Shown: positions 1-10,221, numbered from the stretch's first letter. The stretch is DNA of 64,000 nucleotides from Thermoplasmata archaeon (GCA_020348445.1 CP070751.1:2549252-2613251), one strand, 5' to 3'. Notes: generated from the sequence alone by a model not told the origin. Numbers and translations: made by a program.

Positions 1-103
1 CATGGTATAATGATTCTCGTTACCATATGGGCATATCTGATTTTCCAAATGAACTATATAACAACCATTTCGATGTTACCTATGTCCCTTGACATTACAT
101 ATC

Positions 104-118
104 CCAAAAATATATAAA
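104..118 (+). promoter_or_regulatory. BRE/TATA-like promoter for the multiheme cytochrome gene
   Basis: CCAAAAATATATAAA about 90 nt upstream of the GTG at 207; AGGAGG RBS at 193-198. Confidence 0.5.
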
Positions 119-206
119 TTAAAAAAACAATTTCCCCATTGTCTTCGTTTGTTCGAAAAACGATAAAACGAAGACGGAAAGGCACAAGGTTTAGGAGGGA
201 AAGAAA

Positions 207-2480
207 GTGAGAATCACAAAATTGAATTTATTGGTATTTTTACTGGTATTAATCGGTGTTGTGATAATTGTGCAGACTGCAATGGCTTGGAACGAAAAAC
301 CTGTTGCTGAGGATCATACTGTCTTCATGCCTGGAACACAACCTGGTAATGCAGGGACATTTCAGACTGTTGATAAATGCGATAATTGCCATGGGGGATA
401 CAATCCAGGTGTGGAACCAGCTCATACCTGGAGAGGTTCCATGATGGCCCAATCCGCAAGGGATCCATTATGGCTAGCATGCCTGACCGTCTCAGGTCAA
501 GATGCTATATGGGCAGTGGGCAATCCAAATGCACAGGATATCTGCATTAGGTGCCACTCGCCTGTTGGGTGGCTTGAGGGAAGAAGTGAGCCCACGAACA
601 CAGCAGGTCTTCAAGGCAAGGATTATGACGGAGTTCAATGCGATTTCTGTCACAGGATGGTGGATCCATTGGCCGGATTGAGGCAGCCTGATGTGCCAGC
701 CGAGATTCCGGGGACCACGGCCTATACAATGGCAGAGGAAACCTACCAAAGAGACATAGAGGTTCTTAGTAACCATAGACTATATGATGCAACTTCTTAT
801 CTTAATCCATCAACAAATCTTCCCACTTATTATGGTGATGGAAGCCTACCAAATTATATAGAGGCTACATCAGGACAGTATTTTGTCGATCCATCAGCAA
901 ATAACAAACGGGGACCTTTCTCAGATCCCAAAGCTAGGCACGGGGTTTATTACTCGCGTTTTCATCAAAGCAAGAGTTTTTGCGCAACGTGTCATGATGT
1001 TTCAAATCCGGTGTTAGCAAGTGCACTTATTGGACCTGATGTACCTGAAAAACAGGCTGCTGCATCCTATTTCCATGTTGAGAGAACCAATAGCGAGTTT
1101 CTATTAAGTGATTATGGAAGTGGAGGGTCTGCAACTAATATACCTGGAGTACCATGGGCAGATACATGTCAGGACTGTCACATGAGGGATGTGACTGGAA
1201 TGGGCTGCAACAAGAAAGGAGCACCCACAAGGGACGATCTACCCCTACATGATCTCACAGGTGGTAATGCATGGATTTCAAATATTCTGGCAACAACCGA
1301 CCAAAGCGGGCCTGTGTATGACCCATATAACTACGCTATTCTCTCAGGTCAGAAGTACCAGGGAGCACAGATAGATGTTACGGGACTTCAAGGACACGGT
1401 CAGGCTCTTGTCGATGGCTCGAATAGGGCAATCCAGCAGCTTGAAATGGCAGCTAATCTTAGTATAGTTTCCGAGACCGACACCAAAGCTACGATTAGAG
1501 TTCAAAACAACGGAGGCCACAAGCTCATTTCAGGTTTCCCAGAAGGTCGAAGGATGTTCCTAAATGTTAAGTTCTATGACGTAAATGGAAATCTTATTAG
1601 TGAAATCAATCCCTACGAATCTCTGGTAACCACCCAAGATGGCAGCGGAAACGAGGTTTATGTTTCAGGGGGAGTCCTTACAAAAACACATGAAGAACTC
1701 GTATGGGAATGTGAAATGTCAAGTAACCTTACAGGTGAGACAAAGTCATTCCATTTTGCACTGGCTACAGACCGCTATAAAGATAATAGAATTCCTCCAA
1801 AGGGATTCGACACATCCGGTATGTATGATAGGCATGCACAGCCCAGATGGGAGGGGCAGGATGCTCCCGATTACTTCACAGCAGCTGAATACGCTGGGGG
1901 TTATGATGAAGTAACAGTGATCAAACCTACAGGCACGGTCACCTGGTACGCGACACTCTATTATCAGACAACATCAAAAGAATATATCGAATTTTTGCGT
2001 GATGAGATTAACGGTGTGGGTGGTACACTCGTGGGTAATGGGGCAGGTGGAGATCCGCCATACATCATACAAACCGATCCCTTCTTTGCAAATCTAAAGG
2101 GATGGGGTGATGCGATATGGGACCTTTGGCTTCATAATGGAGGAGCTGAGCCTGTTTTGATGGAACAGGTTGGGCAGGTTCCAGCACCCCCATGCACCAT
2201 TGATCCACCTACAGAATTATCGGCAAAATATGTGAAGAAGGGCGGGGGGTCCATCGAGCTCACCTGGATACCTGTGGATGATGCAGAAGGATACAATGTA
2301 TATTACTTTCAGAATGAAAAATATACATTCATAGCCAGTTCAACTTCGATAAAATACCTTGATAAGAATGTAATAAAGGGACAGACCTACACGTATGTAG
2401 TGACATCGTACAAGACATGCCCAGACGGCTCAACTGTAGAATCGGACTACAGCAACACAGCATTTGCAACTGCCGGATAA
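207..2480 (+). CDS. Secreted pentaheme c-type cytochrome with C-terminal fibronectin type III domain
   Basis: N-terminal signal peptide; five CxxCH motifs (CDNCH, CIRCH, CDFCH, CATCH, CQDCH); FN3-like tail (PPTELSA...LTW...GYNVY...YTYVVTSY); adjacent to ccm operon. Confidence 0.88.
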   Translation: MRITKLNLLVFLLVLIGVVIIVQTAMAWNEKPVAEDHTVFMPGTQPGNAGTFQTVDKCDNCHGGYNPGVEPAHTWRGSMMAQSARDPLWLACLTVSGQDAIWAVGNPNAQDICIRCHSPVGWLEGRSEPTNTAGLQGKDYDGVQCDFCHRMVDPLAGLRQPDVPAEIPGTTAYTMAEETYQRDIEVLSNHRLYDATSYLNPSTNLPTYYGDGSLPNYIEATSGQYFVDPSANNKRGPFSDPKARHGVYYSRFHQSKSFCATCHDVSNPVLASALIGPDVPEKQAAASYFHVERTNSEFLLSDYGSGGSATNIPGVPWADTCQDCHMRDVTGMGCNKKGAPTRDDLPLHDLTGGNAWISNILATTDQSGPVYDPYNYAILSGQKYQGAQIDVTGLQGHGQALVDGSNRAIQQLEMAANLSIVSETDTKATIRVQNNGGHKLISGFPEGRRMFLNVKFYDVNGNLISEINPYESLVTTQDGSGNEVYVSGGVLTKTHEELVWECEMSSNLTGETKSFHFALATDRYKDNRIPPKGFDTSGMYDRHAQPRWEGQDAPDYFTAAEYAGGYDEVTVIKPTGTVTWYATLYYQTTSKEYIEFLRDEINGVGGTLVGNGAGGDPPYIIQTDPFFANLKGWGDAIWDLWLHNGGAEPVLMEQVGQVPAPPCTIDPPTELSAKYVKKGGGSIELTWIPVDDAEGYNVYYFQNEKYTFIASSTSIKYLDKNVIKGQTYTYVVTSYKTCPDGSTVESDYSNTAFATAG

Positions 2481-2547
2481 CTATTCCTTTTCCTAATATT
2501 TCTTAAAATGAATACTTTAACCCAGGTGTTTAATAAGTAAAAGAAAA

Positions 2548-3078
2548 TCAATATTTTGAAGGGCAGCCAACCTGAATTTTTGTTGATATAATGGTAAGCC
2601 CAAATTCACCTTCCTCGAGCTTCCCCTCCACCACGACCACCTTACCTTCCGCAAATCCTTCGGGCATTGCCTTTTCATGGACAACAAATATTGCGAATGA
2701 CGCATTTTTATCATCCACAAGTGTGAAGTTCTTACCTCCAGTCCAATTGCCCACCTTTCCCTTCACTGTGACCTCATCACCTAGGTATTTACCTCTATTT
2801 TTTACGATATCCCTTACCTCGTCATAATCAGGTGGTGCGGCACCCCATAGAACCACTATCAAGGCAATTGCCACTATGGCCACCACGATAAGAACCTTGT
2901 TTCTTCTGGAAAAGAACCGTTTTCGCTTGGGTTTTGTCTCTTTCTTTGGTTCTTCTTGGGTATCCTCCCCTACTTCCTCATGTGATTCATCCTCAGGCTC
3001 TTCCCCAGATTCTTTTTGGGAGTCATGCGCGGTTTCATCCTCGGTAATTTCCCCTTCTTGCTTCGTACTTACATTCAT
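2548..3078 (-). CDS. ccmE: Heme chaperone CcmE, CxxxY (System I*) type
   Basis: Single TM followed by an OB-fold; ends in GCPSKY (CxxxY heme-binding motif); downstream of ccmABC. Confidence 0.88.
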   Translation of the reverse strand: MNVSTKQEGEITEDETAHDSQKESGEEPEDESHEEVGEDTQEEPKKETKPKRKRFFSRRNKVLIVVAIVAIALIVVLWGAAPPDYDEVRDIVKNRGKYLGDEVTVKGKVGNWTGGKNFTLVDDKNASFAIFVVHEKAMPEGFAEGKVVVVEGKLEEGEFGLTIISTKIQVGCPSKY

Positions 3079-3218
3079 TCTTTTTTCACCATCTCTTCAA
3101 GTAACTTCAGTTCATTTGCTAGTTTTACCTGTTTCATATGAAGATATACAAGATATCCAAAAAGTCCCAACCATATGATCGAATAGCCAATATACAAAGC
3201 CTCAAGTTCACCCATCAT
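3075..3218 (-). CDS. ccmD: CcmD-like small membrane protein (47 aa, not in ORF track)
   Basis: Hand translation MMGELEALYIGYSIIWLGLFGYLVYLHMKQVKLANELKLLEEMVKKE; ATGA overlaps with both the ccmC stop and the ccmE start; TM plus charged helix. Confidence 0.8.
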   Translation of the reverse strand: MMGELEALYIGYSIIWLGLFGYLVYLHMKQVKLANELKLLEEMVKKE

Positions 3219-3919
3219 ATCCCTCCAATCTTTTCCTTTAAATCCTCAATTTTTGAGGCCATTTCTTGAATTGCTATGCGTTTTCTCAACATGAACATAT
3301 ACAGAAATGAGAAAGCTACAACACCAACTAAAAGACCGATTCCTGTTTCAGAAGACATGGACCCCTCACTTGTTGCCACAACATTTGGATGCATGCTCTG
3401 CCATATCCTTGAAGATATGAACGACAAGGGAACACATGCAAAACCAATGATTCCGAAAACAGCTGCAAGCCTGGCTTTATTCTCGCTTTCCACACCCCCT
3501 CTCAGTAATAGATATGCCAAGAAAATCAGCCATAAAACGAACGTTATAGTGAGCTTGGTGTCCTCCCACCTCCAGTAAACACCCCACTCTGCTTTTCCCC
3601 ATATTGGACCTGTTACAATGGCAAGGGTGCAGAAAACAACACCGATTTCGGCAGAGGCAAATGCTATGGTATCCCATTTTCTTAAGCTGTTTTTAAGATA
3701 TAGTACTGACATTATGAAGACCACTCCGAAAGCCAAAAACGATACCCAAGCTGCTGGAACATGAAAGTAGAAGATTTTCTGTGCTTTTGGCGCACTCCAG
3801 CCATCTTCTTCCCTGACCTCAGGGGTATAGATCAGAGCTGTATATATTGAAAGCAAGACAAAGAATACTGTGAGAATCAGAATAACTGTCTCCAACCTTT
3901 TATCGAACTTCATCATCAT
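3215..3919 (-). CDS. ccmC: Cytochrome c biogenesis protein CcmC
   Basis: IFYFHVP His, WWD-like motif GPIWGKAEWGVYWRWED, second His (MHP), 6 TM. Confidence 0.92.
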   Translation of the reverse strand: MMMKFDKRLETVILILTVFFVLLSIYTALIYTPEVREEDGWSAPKAQKIFYFHVPAAWVSFLAFGVVFIMSVLYLKNSLRKWDTIAFASAEIGVVFCTLAIVTGPIWGKAEWGVYWRWEDTKLTITFVLWLIFLAYLLLRGGVESENKARLAAVFGIIGFACVPLSFISSRIWQSMHPNVVATSEGSMSSETGIGLLVGVVAFSFLYMFMLRKRIAIQEMASKIEDLKEKIGGI

Positions 3920-4599
3920 TCCTCTAAGACAAAATCGAACAGGAGATATGCGATTGCGATGTATATTACAGCAAACACTCCCAATATCCTCAACTCGGGT
4001 ATTGCATCTATAATATCGCCCTCTAAAGCCTTCGATGTGGCGTTTACAGAAGGCATTAACACTGTTAATAGGATAATAGGTATTAATAATATTGGTATCA
4101 ACACACCCCTAATATCCTGGGCATTTACCGCAATTCCCGAAATGAGGGTTCCTGAAACGACAAAACAAAAAGTACCCAGAAACACCACCACTAGGACTGG
4201 GAGTAAATTCCCGTTAAAGTCATATGAAAAGAATAAAACAAAGAAAATCAACGCAAAGATGTCAACAAGAAGTATTAGAAAGTAATTGGACAAAACTTTA
4301 CCGAAGTATATTGCCGACCTGTCCATGGGACACAACATAAGACCCTCCAATGAACCCCGGTCTTTTTCTTTTGAAAACGAGGTGAGAAGGCCGAACATTC
4401 CCGCGAAGAAAAATGTAACCCATAATATGGGTGAAACAAGAGGTTCCAGGGCCTCTGACGAAAGAGAATAGAAGTAAAATGCAAAATAAAAGGCTACCAT
4501 GACGAATAACGAAAACACAAGCATGGAGAATACCATCTCCTTTGTCCTGAATTCGGTTTTTATGTCCTTAATGGCTATTGCCAGGCCCTGAGACATCAT
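3916..4599 (-). CDS. ccmB: Heme exporter permease CcmB (start revised to 4599)
   Basis: KDIKTEFRTKE, KEKDRGSLEGL...IYFGK motifs; ATGA overlap with the ccmA stop. Confidence 0.88.
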   Translation of the reverse strand: MMSQGLAIAIKDIKTEFRTKEMVFSMLVFSLFVMVAFYFAFYFYSLSSEALEPLVSPILWVTFFFAGMFGLLTSFSKEKDRGSLEGLMLCPMDRSAIYFGKVLSNYFLILLVDIFALIFFVLFFSYDFNGNLLPVLVVVFLGTFCFVVSGTLISGIAVNAQDIRGVLIPILLIPIILLTVLMPSVNATSKALEGDIIDAIPELRILGVFAVIYIAIAYLLFDFVLEE

Positions 4600-5306
4600 T
4601 TTTGAGCCCCCATAAGGCCATGGTACTTCCCCTTGAAAGCCTCTATATCCATATTCTTCTTCTCGCATTCAAAGGCAACCTTTCCATTGACAAGTATCGC
4701 CAGTCTTTCTCCGATTCTATGGCCAAGTTCAACATTGTGAGTTATCAAGAATATGGTTTTACCCTCCTCATGGAACTTCCTAAGAATGTCTGTCAACATC
4801 TCCCAAGCCTTATAATCAAGGCCGGTGTAGGGCTCGTCTAATAGGAGAACCGGGGGATTATGAAGAATTACTCTTGCAACAGCAGCCCTTTGTTTCATAC
4901 CTCTAGAGAATTGACCCACCCTATCATTCATTCTATGTAATAATCCCACCTCATCAGCCAAGGTTTTTAATGTTTTCTCATCCTTTTTTAATTTGTACAT
5001 CCTTGAATAGAAAATCAGATTCTCCTTTAAGGTGAGATCATCATAAAGAAATGGATTGTGGGACAAAACACCTATTGTGCTTCTCACTTCCATTGACTCC
5101 TCTTTGATGTCAAATCCATTTATGATCACATTTCCGGATGAGGGTCTTGAAAGAGTGGATAGAATCTTGATAAGAGTTGTTTTTCCAGCACCATTTGGTC
5201 CAAACATAACAAGGAACTCACCAGATTCGGCTTCCAAGTTCAAGTCGCATAAAACCTTCTTTCTTCCAAATCTCTTTTGGAGGTTTTTGATTTCTATTGC
5301 GGGCAT
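4596..5306 (-). CDS. ccmA: Heme ABC exporter ATP-binding protein CcmA
   Basis: Walker A GPNGAGKT, signature FSRGMKQR, Walker B LLLDEP; operon context. Confidence 0.9.
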   Translation of the reverse strand: MPAIEIKNLQKRFGRKKVLCDLNLEAESGEFLVMFGPNGAGKTTLIKILSTLSRPSSGNVIINGFDIKEESMEVRSTIGVLSHNPFLYDDLTLKENLIFYSRMYKLKKDEKTLKTLADEVGLLHRMNDRVGQFSRGMKQRAAVARVILHNPPVLLLDEPYTGLDYKAWEMLTDILRKFHEEGKTIFLITHNVELGHRIGERLAILVNGKVAFECEKKNMDIEAFKGKYHGLMGAQK

Positions 5307-5512
5307 TACCGCGTAATCTACGGATTGCCTTAAAATGTTTTGGATTTTTAAAATGGCTTATATTTTCCGGCTCTTCTTGTTTATAATAATTTTTGGGCGG
5401 GAGGTGGGGATTTTGGCGGTGGGGGTTTTGTGGTGGTCAATATAATTACATAAATGAAGAGATAAAGATTATAAACCATAATTGTATCATTACTCCCGAG
5501 GATTGAATTTCC

Positions 5513-7648
5513 ATGTCCGAGAACCTAGATGCCATATTCAAACCACGCTCAATAGCGGTTGTAGGCACATCAAGAAAAGAAGGTACCATTGGAAGGGAGG
5601 TACTCCATAACCTAGTGGCCTACGGCTTCAACGGGCCCGTATACCCAGTGAACCCTAAAGCTGAGTATGTCAACAGCATAAAGTGTTACCCCAATGTATC
5701 CACGATCCCCGACGGAGTGGATTTGACCATCATAGTTATTCCAAAGGAAAATGTCCTCTCCGTTGTTTCCGAATGTGGAGAAAAGGGAGTAAAAGGCATC
5801 GTGGTAATTTCAGCGGGATTCAAGGAGATAGGGGAAAAAGGAATTCAGCTTGAAAAAGAACTTGTAGGTTTGATTAAAAAATATGATATGAGGCTAGTTG
5901 GCCCGAACTGTATGGGCGTAATTAACACAGCCAAGGATATCAGGATGGATGCCACATTTGGATCCACATTACCTCTCGACGGGCATGTGGGTTTCATGTC
6001 CCAAAGCGGTGCCCTGGGCAACATTATCCTGGAATACGCAGACGAGCTTAAAATCGGATTCTCGAAATTCATCAGCATGGGAAACAAGGCTGATGTCTCA
6101 GGCAATGACATGTTGATGGACCTGGAGAATGATGAAAACACGAACATAATTCTCATGTATTTGGAGAGTTTCGGCAACCCAAGGAAATTCGTTAAGATTG
6201 CAAGGAGGCTGACCAAGAAAAAGCCCGTTATCGCGGTCAAGGCAGGCAGAACCAGGGCAGGGGCAAAAGCCGCCTCTTCCCATACCGGGGCCCTTGCTGG
6301 CTTGGATGTGGCTGTTGATGCACTTTTTGAGCAATGCGGGGTTCTGAGAGCCACCTCAATTGAAGAGCTGTTTGATTATGCGCTGGCCTTTTCCAATCAG
6401 CCATTACCTGAGGGAAAAAGGGTGGCAATAGTTTCAAATGCAGGTGGGCCAGGTATAATCGCCACTGATGCATGCGTCAGTCTTGGCCTTGATATGAGCA
6501 CATTCGAGGATGAGACATACCAAAAATTGAAAAATGCGCTGCCCGAGGAAGCCAGCACCCAAAATCCTGTTGATATCCTTGGAGATGGAGGGCCAGAGCG
6601 TTACGAGAAGGCCTTGGATGCCGTATTAAAGGATAAGAACGTTGATGCAGTAATTACCATATTTGTACCGCCTTTAATGAGCAGAGCATTGGATGTCGCA
6701 TTAGCCATATCAAATGTGAGTGCAAAATATCATAAACCAGTCCTTGGCTGCTTCATGGGTCGAGAGGAGGTGCTCACAAGCATCCAGGAACTTGAAAAGA
6801 ACAACATCCCTGCCTACCTTTTCCCCGAATCTGCGGCAAAATCAATAGCAGGCATGTATAAATTCAACGAATACAGACGCAGAAGGGAGGGGGATATTAG
6901 GCAGTTTGATGTAGATAAGGAAATGGTCCAAAATATCATCTCGAAGGCAAAAGACGCGGGGAGAACATATCTTTCTCAAAACGAGGTGAAGGAGATTTTA
7001 ATTGCCTATGGATTCAGCTTCCCGCAATCGCAATTGGCGAAAGGTGAGGATGAAGCGGCAAACATCGCAAAGCGTATTGGATTCCCAGTGGCTTTAAAGA
7101 TCGCCTCCGATGAAATCATACATAAATCAGATGCCAAAGGCGTGGCTTTAGATCTTAAAGACGAGAAAGAGGTAAGAGAGGGTTATAAGCAAATCCTCAA
7201 GGAGGTGGGACAAACTACTTCTGCAACAAAGATAGATGGCATCGTGGTTCAAGCCATGGTAAAAGGCGGTAAAGAAACGATATTGGGTATGAGTCTCGAT
7301 CCCAATTTTGGACCATTGATCATGTTCGGTTTAGGCGGCATATATGTGGAAGTTCTCAAGGATGTGACCTTCAGGATAGCTCCGATTACGGATTTGGATG
7401 CCCAGGAGATGATCAAGAGCATAAAGAGCTATCCTTTGCTCTCAGGAATCAGGGGCGAGGAGCCAGCAGATATCGATTCCATAGAGGAGTATATTCAAAG
7501 ACTTTCCAGATTGGTGGAGGATTTCCCAGAGATAGAAGAACTGGATGTCAATCCCCTTGTCGTATTCGAGAAAGGAAGATGCTGTAATGTCGTTGACGCC
7601 AGGATAAAGATTGGTCCTTCATATGAGCTAAAAAGGTACAAGTTGTGA
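5513..7648 (+). CDS. acd: Acetate/acyl-CoA ligase (ADP-forming), fused alpha-beta chain
   Basis: CoA-binding N-terminus (AVVGTS...VNP), GPNCMG, SQSG, phospho-His SSHTGALAG, ATP-grasp C-terminus (ELDVNP). Confidence 0.93.
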   Translation: MSENLDAIFKPRSIAVVGTSRKEGTIGREVLHNLVAYGFNGPVYPVNPKAEYVNSIKCYPNVSTIPDGVDLTIIVIPKENVLSVVSECGEKGVKGIVVISAGFKEIGEKGIQLEKELVGLIKKYDMRLVGPNCMGVINTAKDIRMDATFGSTLPLDGHVGFMSQSGALGNIILEYADELKIGFSKFISMGNKADVSGNDMLMDLENDENTNIILMYLESFGNPRKFVKIARRLTKKKPVIAVKAGRTRAGAKAASSHTGALAGLDVAVDALFEQCGVLRATSIEELFDYALAFSNQPLPEGKRVAIVSNAGGPGIIATDACVSLGLDMSTFEDETYQKLKNALPEEASTQNPVDILGDGGPERYEKALDAVLKDKNVDAVITIFVPPLMSRALDVALAISNVSAKYHKPVLGCFMGREEVLTSIQELEKNNIPAYLFPESAAKSIAGMYKFNEYRRRREGDIRQFDVDKEMVQNIISKAKDAGRTYLSQNEVKEILIAYGFSFPQSQLAKGEDEAANIAKRIGFPVALKIASDEIIHKSDAKGVALDLKDEKEVREGYKQILKEVGQTTSATKIDGIVVQAMVKGGKETILGMSLDPNFGPLIMFGLGGIYVEVLKDVTFRIAPITDLDAQEMIKSIKSYPLLSGIRGEEPADIDSIEEYIQRLSRLVEDFPEIEELDVNPLVVFEKGRCCNVVDARIKIGPSYELKRYKL

Positions 7649-7740
7649 AGAACTGACCTGGGAACTGGAGATTTGTAGATAATATAGTTTTTTTTACTAA
7701 ACTCGAGAATTATTTAATTATTTCGCAATTAACACCGTAT

Positions 7741-8697
7741 ATGTTATATACCAATTCAATTAATAACCTCCGAGATCATGTGCCTGGTGATAGTTTGAGA
7801 AAGCCAACGATTTTATTTTATGTCATTGTGGTGAGTATCTTTCTGATGCCCTATTCCACCCAAACTGCATTTTCTGATGCAGAATTACCCCAGTGGAAGG
7901 TGGGATACAGGTGGGATTATAAAGGTCAGGAGCAGAACACCACAGTCAATCTCACTGTCAAGGTTATTGAAATAACTACTATAGAAATGAATGGAATGGC
8001 TTATGATGTATATGTTGTAAACATAACATCCATTGCGATGATAAATCAAGTTCAAGATCAATTTCAAGTCATTGATCAAAAAAATAAATACATTCAAACG
8101 AGCAATTTAGCCACTGTAAAAGAGGAGATTTCCCATATTGCTCCTAATAGAAATATTAATGGGAATAACACTTACACACCTTTAAAGAAGGAATACGATT
8201 TCCCTATTCTGGTTGGCAAGAAATGGACCTCTTCCTACACCAAGAATGTAAGTTTAGAAGGGCTGGGAACCTACCTCATCTCAGAAAGTATTAATTATTC
8301 TGTTATAGCTGAAGAATCAGTTACAGTTGCCGCAGGTACATTTGATTGCTATAAAATCGAAATAGACGTTGGCACAGGTGTAATAGACCAATTCTGGTAT
8401 TCTGAGAAAGTAAAAAACATAATCAAGACAACTCGCTTCTCAGAAGATATATTTTATGAAATGAACCTTACCGCCTATTCATTTAAGGAAGAAGAGGATG
8501 GTGATTCCGATGATATCACCACAGAGGACCTTTTGCCTTATATATTAATTCTGATCATCGTGATTTTGATAATTGTAGTTATCGTGGCAAGAAAAAGGAA
8601 AAAGAGCAAGAAGAAAAAGAAAAAAAAGAAGAAGAAAAAGACCATACCTGATGAGGACAAGAAGGTAGAGGAGAAAGAGGAAGAAAAATCTGAATGA
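7741..8697 (+). CDS. Membrane-anchored extracellular beta-rich protein with poly-Lys cytoplasmic tail; start uncertain
   Basis: N-terminal hydrophobic segment, VTVAAGTFDCYKI motif, C-terminal TM followed by RKRKKS plus 11 Lys. Confidence 0.65.
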   Translation: MLYTNSINNLRDHVPGDSLRKPTILFYVIVVSIFLMPYSTQTAFSDAELPQWKVGYRWDYKGQEQNTTVNLTVKVIEITTIEMNGMAYDVYVVNITSIAMINQVQDQFQVIDQKNKYIQTSNLATVKEEISHIAPNRNINGNNTYTPLKKEYDFPILVGKKWTSSYTKNVSLEGLGTYLISESINYSVIAEESVTVAAGTFDCYKIEIDVGTGVIDQFWYSEKVKNIIKTTRFSEDIFYEMNLTAYSFKEEEDGDSDDITTEDLLPYILILIIVILIIVVIVARKRKKSKKKKKKKKKKKTIPDEDKKVEEKEEEKSE

Positions 8698-8741
8698 ACC
8701 TGAATCTTGCCTACGCCCACTGATTATCTTAGTTTATTGAT

Positions 8742-10067
8742 CTATTCCCCTCTCAATTCCTTCATATGCTCGATTCTTTTCTCTATTAACTCCTTCTTGC
8801 CAATGTCGTGCCTCATGAAGACGTTGCCTTTTACATGGGAAAGCGCATTTTCGGCGATTTTCTCTGCATCGAATATACTGTCATCGATGCCCACTACAGC
8901 CAATGACCGTGAAGAGGTCGTATAGATCTGGTCATCCCTCTGATTCACAGATGCAAAGAAAAGCTCTGCACCGCTATTTTCGATTTCGGCCTCGTCTACT
9001 ACCACTTTCTCTCCCACAAGTGATTCTACACCGTAACCCTTTGGAACGATGTACTTGCAGACACTGGCCTTGTTTGCGAACATAGCCTTTTTAGACGCCA
9101 AATTACCATCGATAATTCCGCTGCAGATTTCTGCAAAGTCCGAGGTCAAAAGCGGAAGGACATTCATGGCCTCTGGGTCCCCGAACCGTGCATTGCACTC
9201 CAGCACCTTTAGTCCTTTGGTTGTGAGGATGAACTGGCCATAGAGGATGCCCTTGTATGGCGTTCCTTCTTCCTTCATGGCATCTATTATGCTCTGCATT
9301 ATATCCACGCAATTATCGTATTCCTCTTTTGTCAGAAAGGGTAACAGACCATCTTCCTGAGAATAGGAACCCATACCACCAGTATTGGGCCCGATGTCGC
9401 CTTCATATGCCCGCTTATGATCTTGCACTGCTGGCATTGGTAACAGGTGGCTTCCATCGCAAAATGCCTGGAGCGTGAGTTCCTCTCCAACCATCTTCTC
9501 CTCGATTACAAAGCTCGATGAGCCCCCAATTTTATTTTCATTGATTTCCCTGCAGTAATCCAAAACACCCTCCATGTTCAACAAATGCTCGCCCATGATC
9601 TTCACGCCTTTGCCACCAGTAAGACCTATGGGTTTTACCACAACCTCTTTGTTGTAGTCCTTTAAAAATGTCTCTGCCTCTGATACATTATCGAAAACCC
9701 GATAGTCAACCATCCCAGGGAGGTTGTGCTTTGCCATCAAATCCCGCATGTACTGCTTTGATATCTCTATCTGAGATGCGCTCTTGCTCGGACCTACACT
9801 TGGAATGCCCGATTTCTCAAGTTCATCCACGATTCCCACACCCAAAGGTGCCTCGGGTCCGATAAACGCAAAATCAACCCCCTTGGACTTTGCCCATTCT
9901 GTAACTTTCTCAACTTCTGTCTCTTTTTCGTACAACGTGTCCTTACTCAGCTTGGCAATACCAGGATTACGGTTCTTCATAACCGAATATATCTCGGTAT
10001 TGGATTTTACTAAGGCTTTTACTATCGCATGTTCTCTTGCTCCGCCTCCAACACTTAGAACTTTCAT
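8742..10067 (-). CDS. purD: Phosphoribosylamine--glycine ligase
   Basis: GGGAREHA, GPEAPL, QDHKRAYEGDIGPNTGGMG, ECNARFGDPE motifs. Confidence 0.97.
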   Translation of the reverse strand: MKVLSVGGGAREHAIVKALVKSNTEIYSVMKNRNPGIAKLSKDTLYEKETEVEKVTEWAKSKGVDFAFIGPEAPLGVGIVDELEKSGIPSVGPSKSASQIEISKQYMRDLMAKHNLPGMVDYRVFDNVSEAETFLKDYNKEVVVKPIGLTGGKGVKIMGEHLLNMEGVLDYCREINENKIGGSSSFVIEEKMVGEELTLQAFCDGSHLLPMPAVQDHKRAYEGDIGPNTGGMGSYSQEDGLLPFLTKEEYDNCVDIMQSIIDAMKEEGTPYKGILYGQFILTTKGLKVLECNARFGDPEAMNVLPLLTSDFAEICSGIIDGNLASKKAMFANKASVCKYIVPKGYGVESLVGEKVVVDEAEIENSGAELFFASVNQRDDQIYTTSSRSLAVVGIDDSIFDAEKIAENALSHVKGNVFMRHDIGKKELIEKRIEHMKELRGE

Positions 10068-10221
10068 ACCTTGCCCTCCTTATATGGGGGTAATAGACTT
10101 AGATATGGTTATACCTTTTGGTGGTCCTTGGATTTATGTAATCCAGTGTGATAAAGAAGGGAACAATTTTATATCTTGACAATAATGTAGGAAATAGTGA
10201 AGATGATATTGAGGGAGAATC

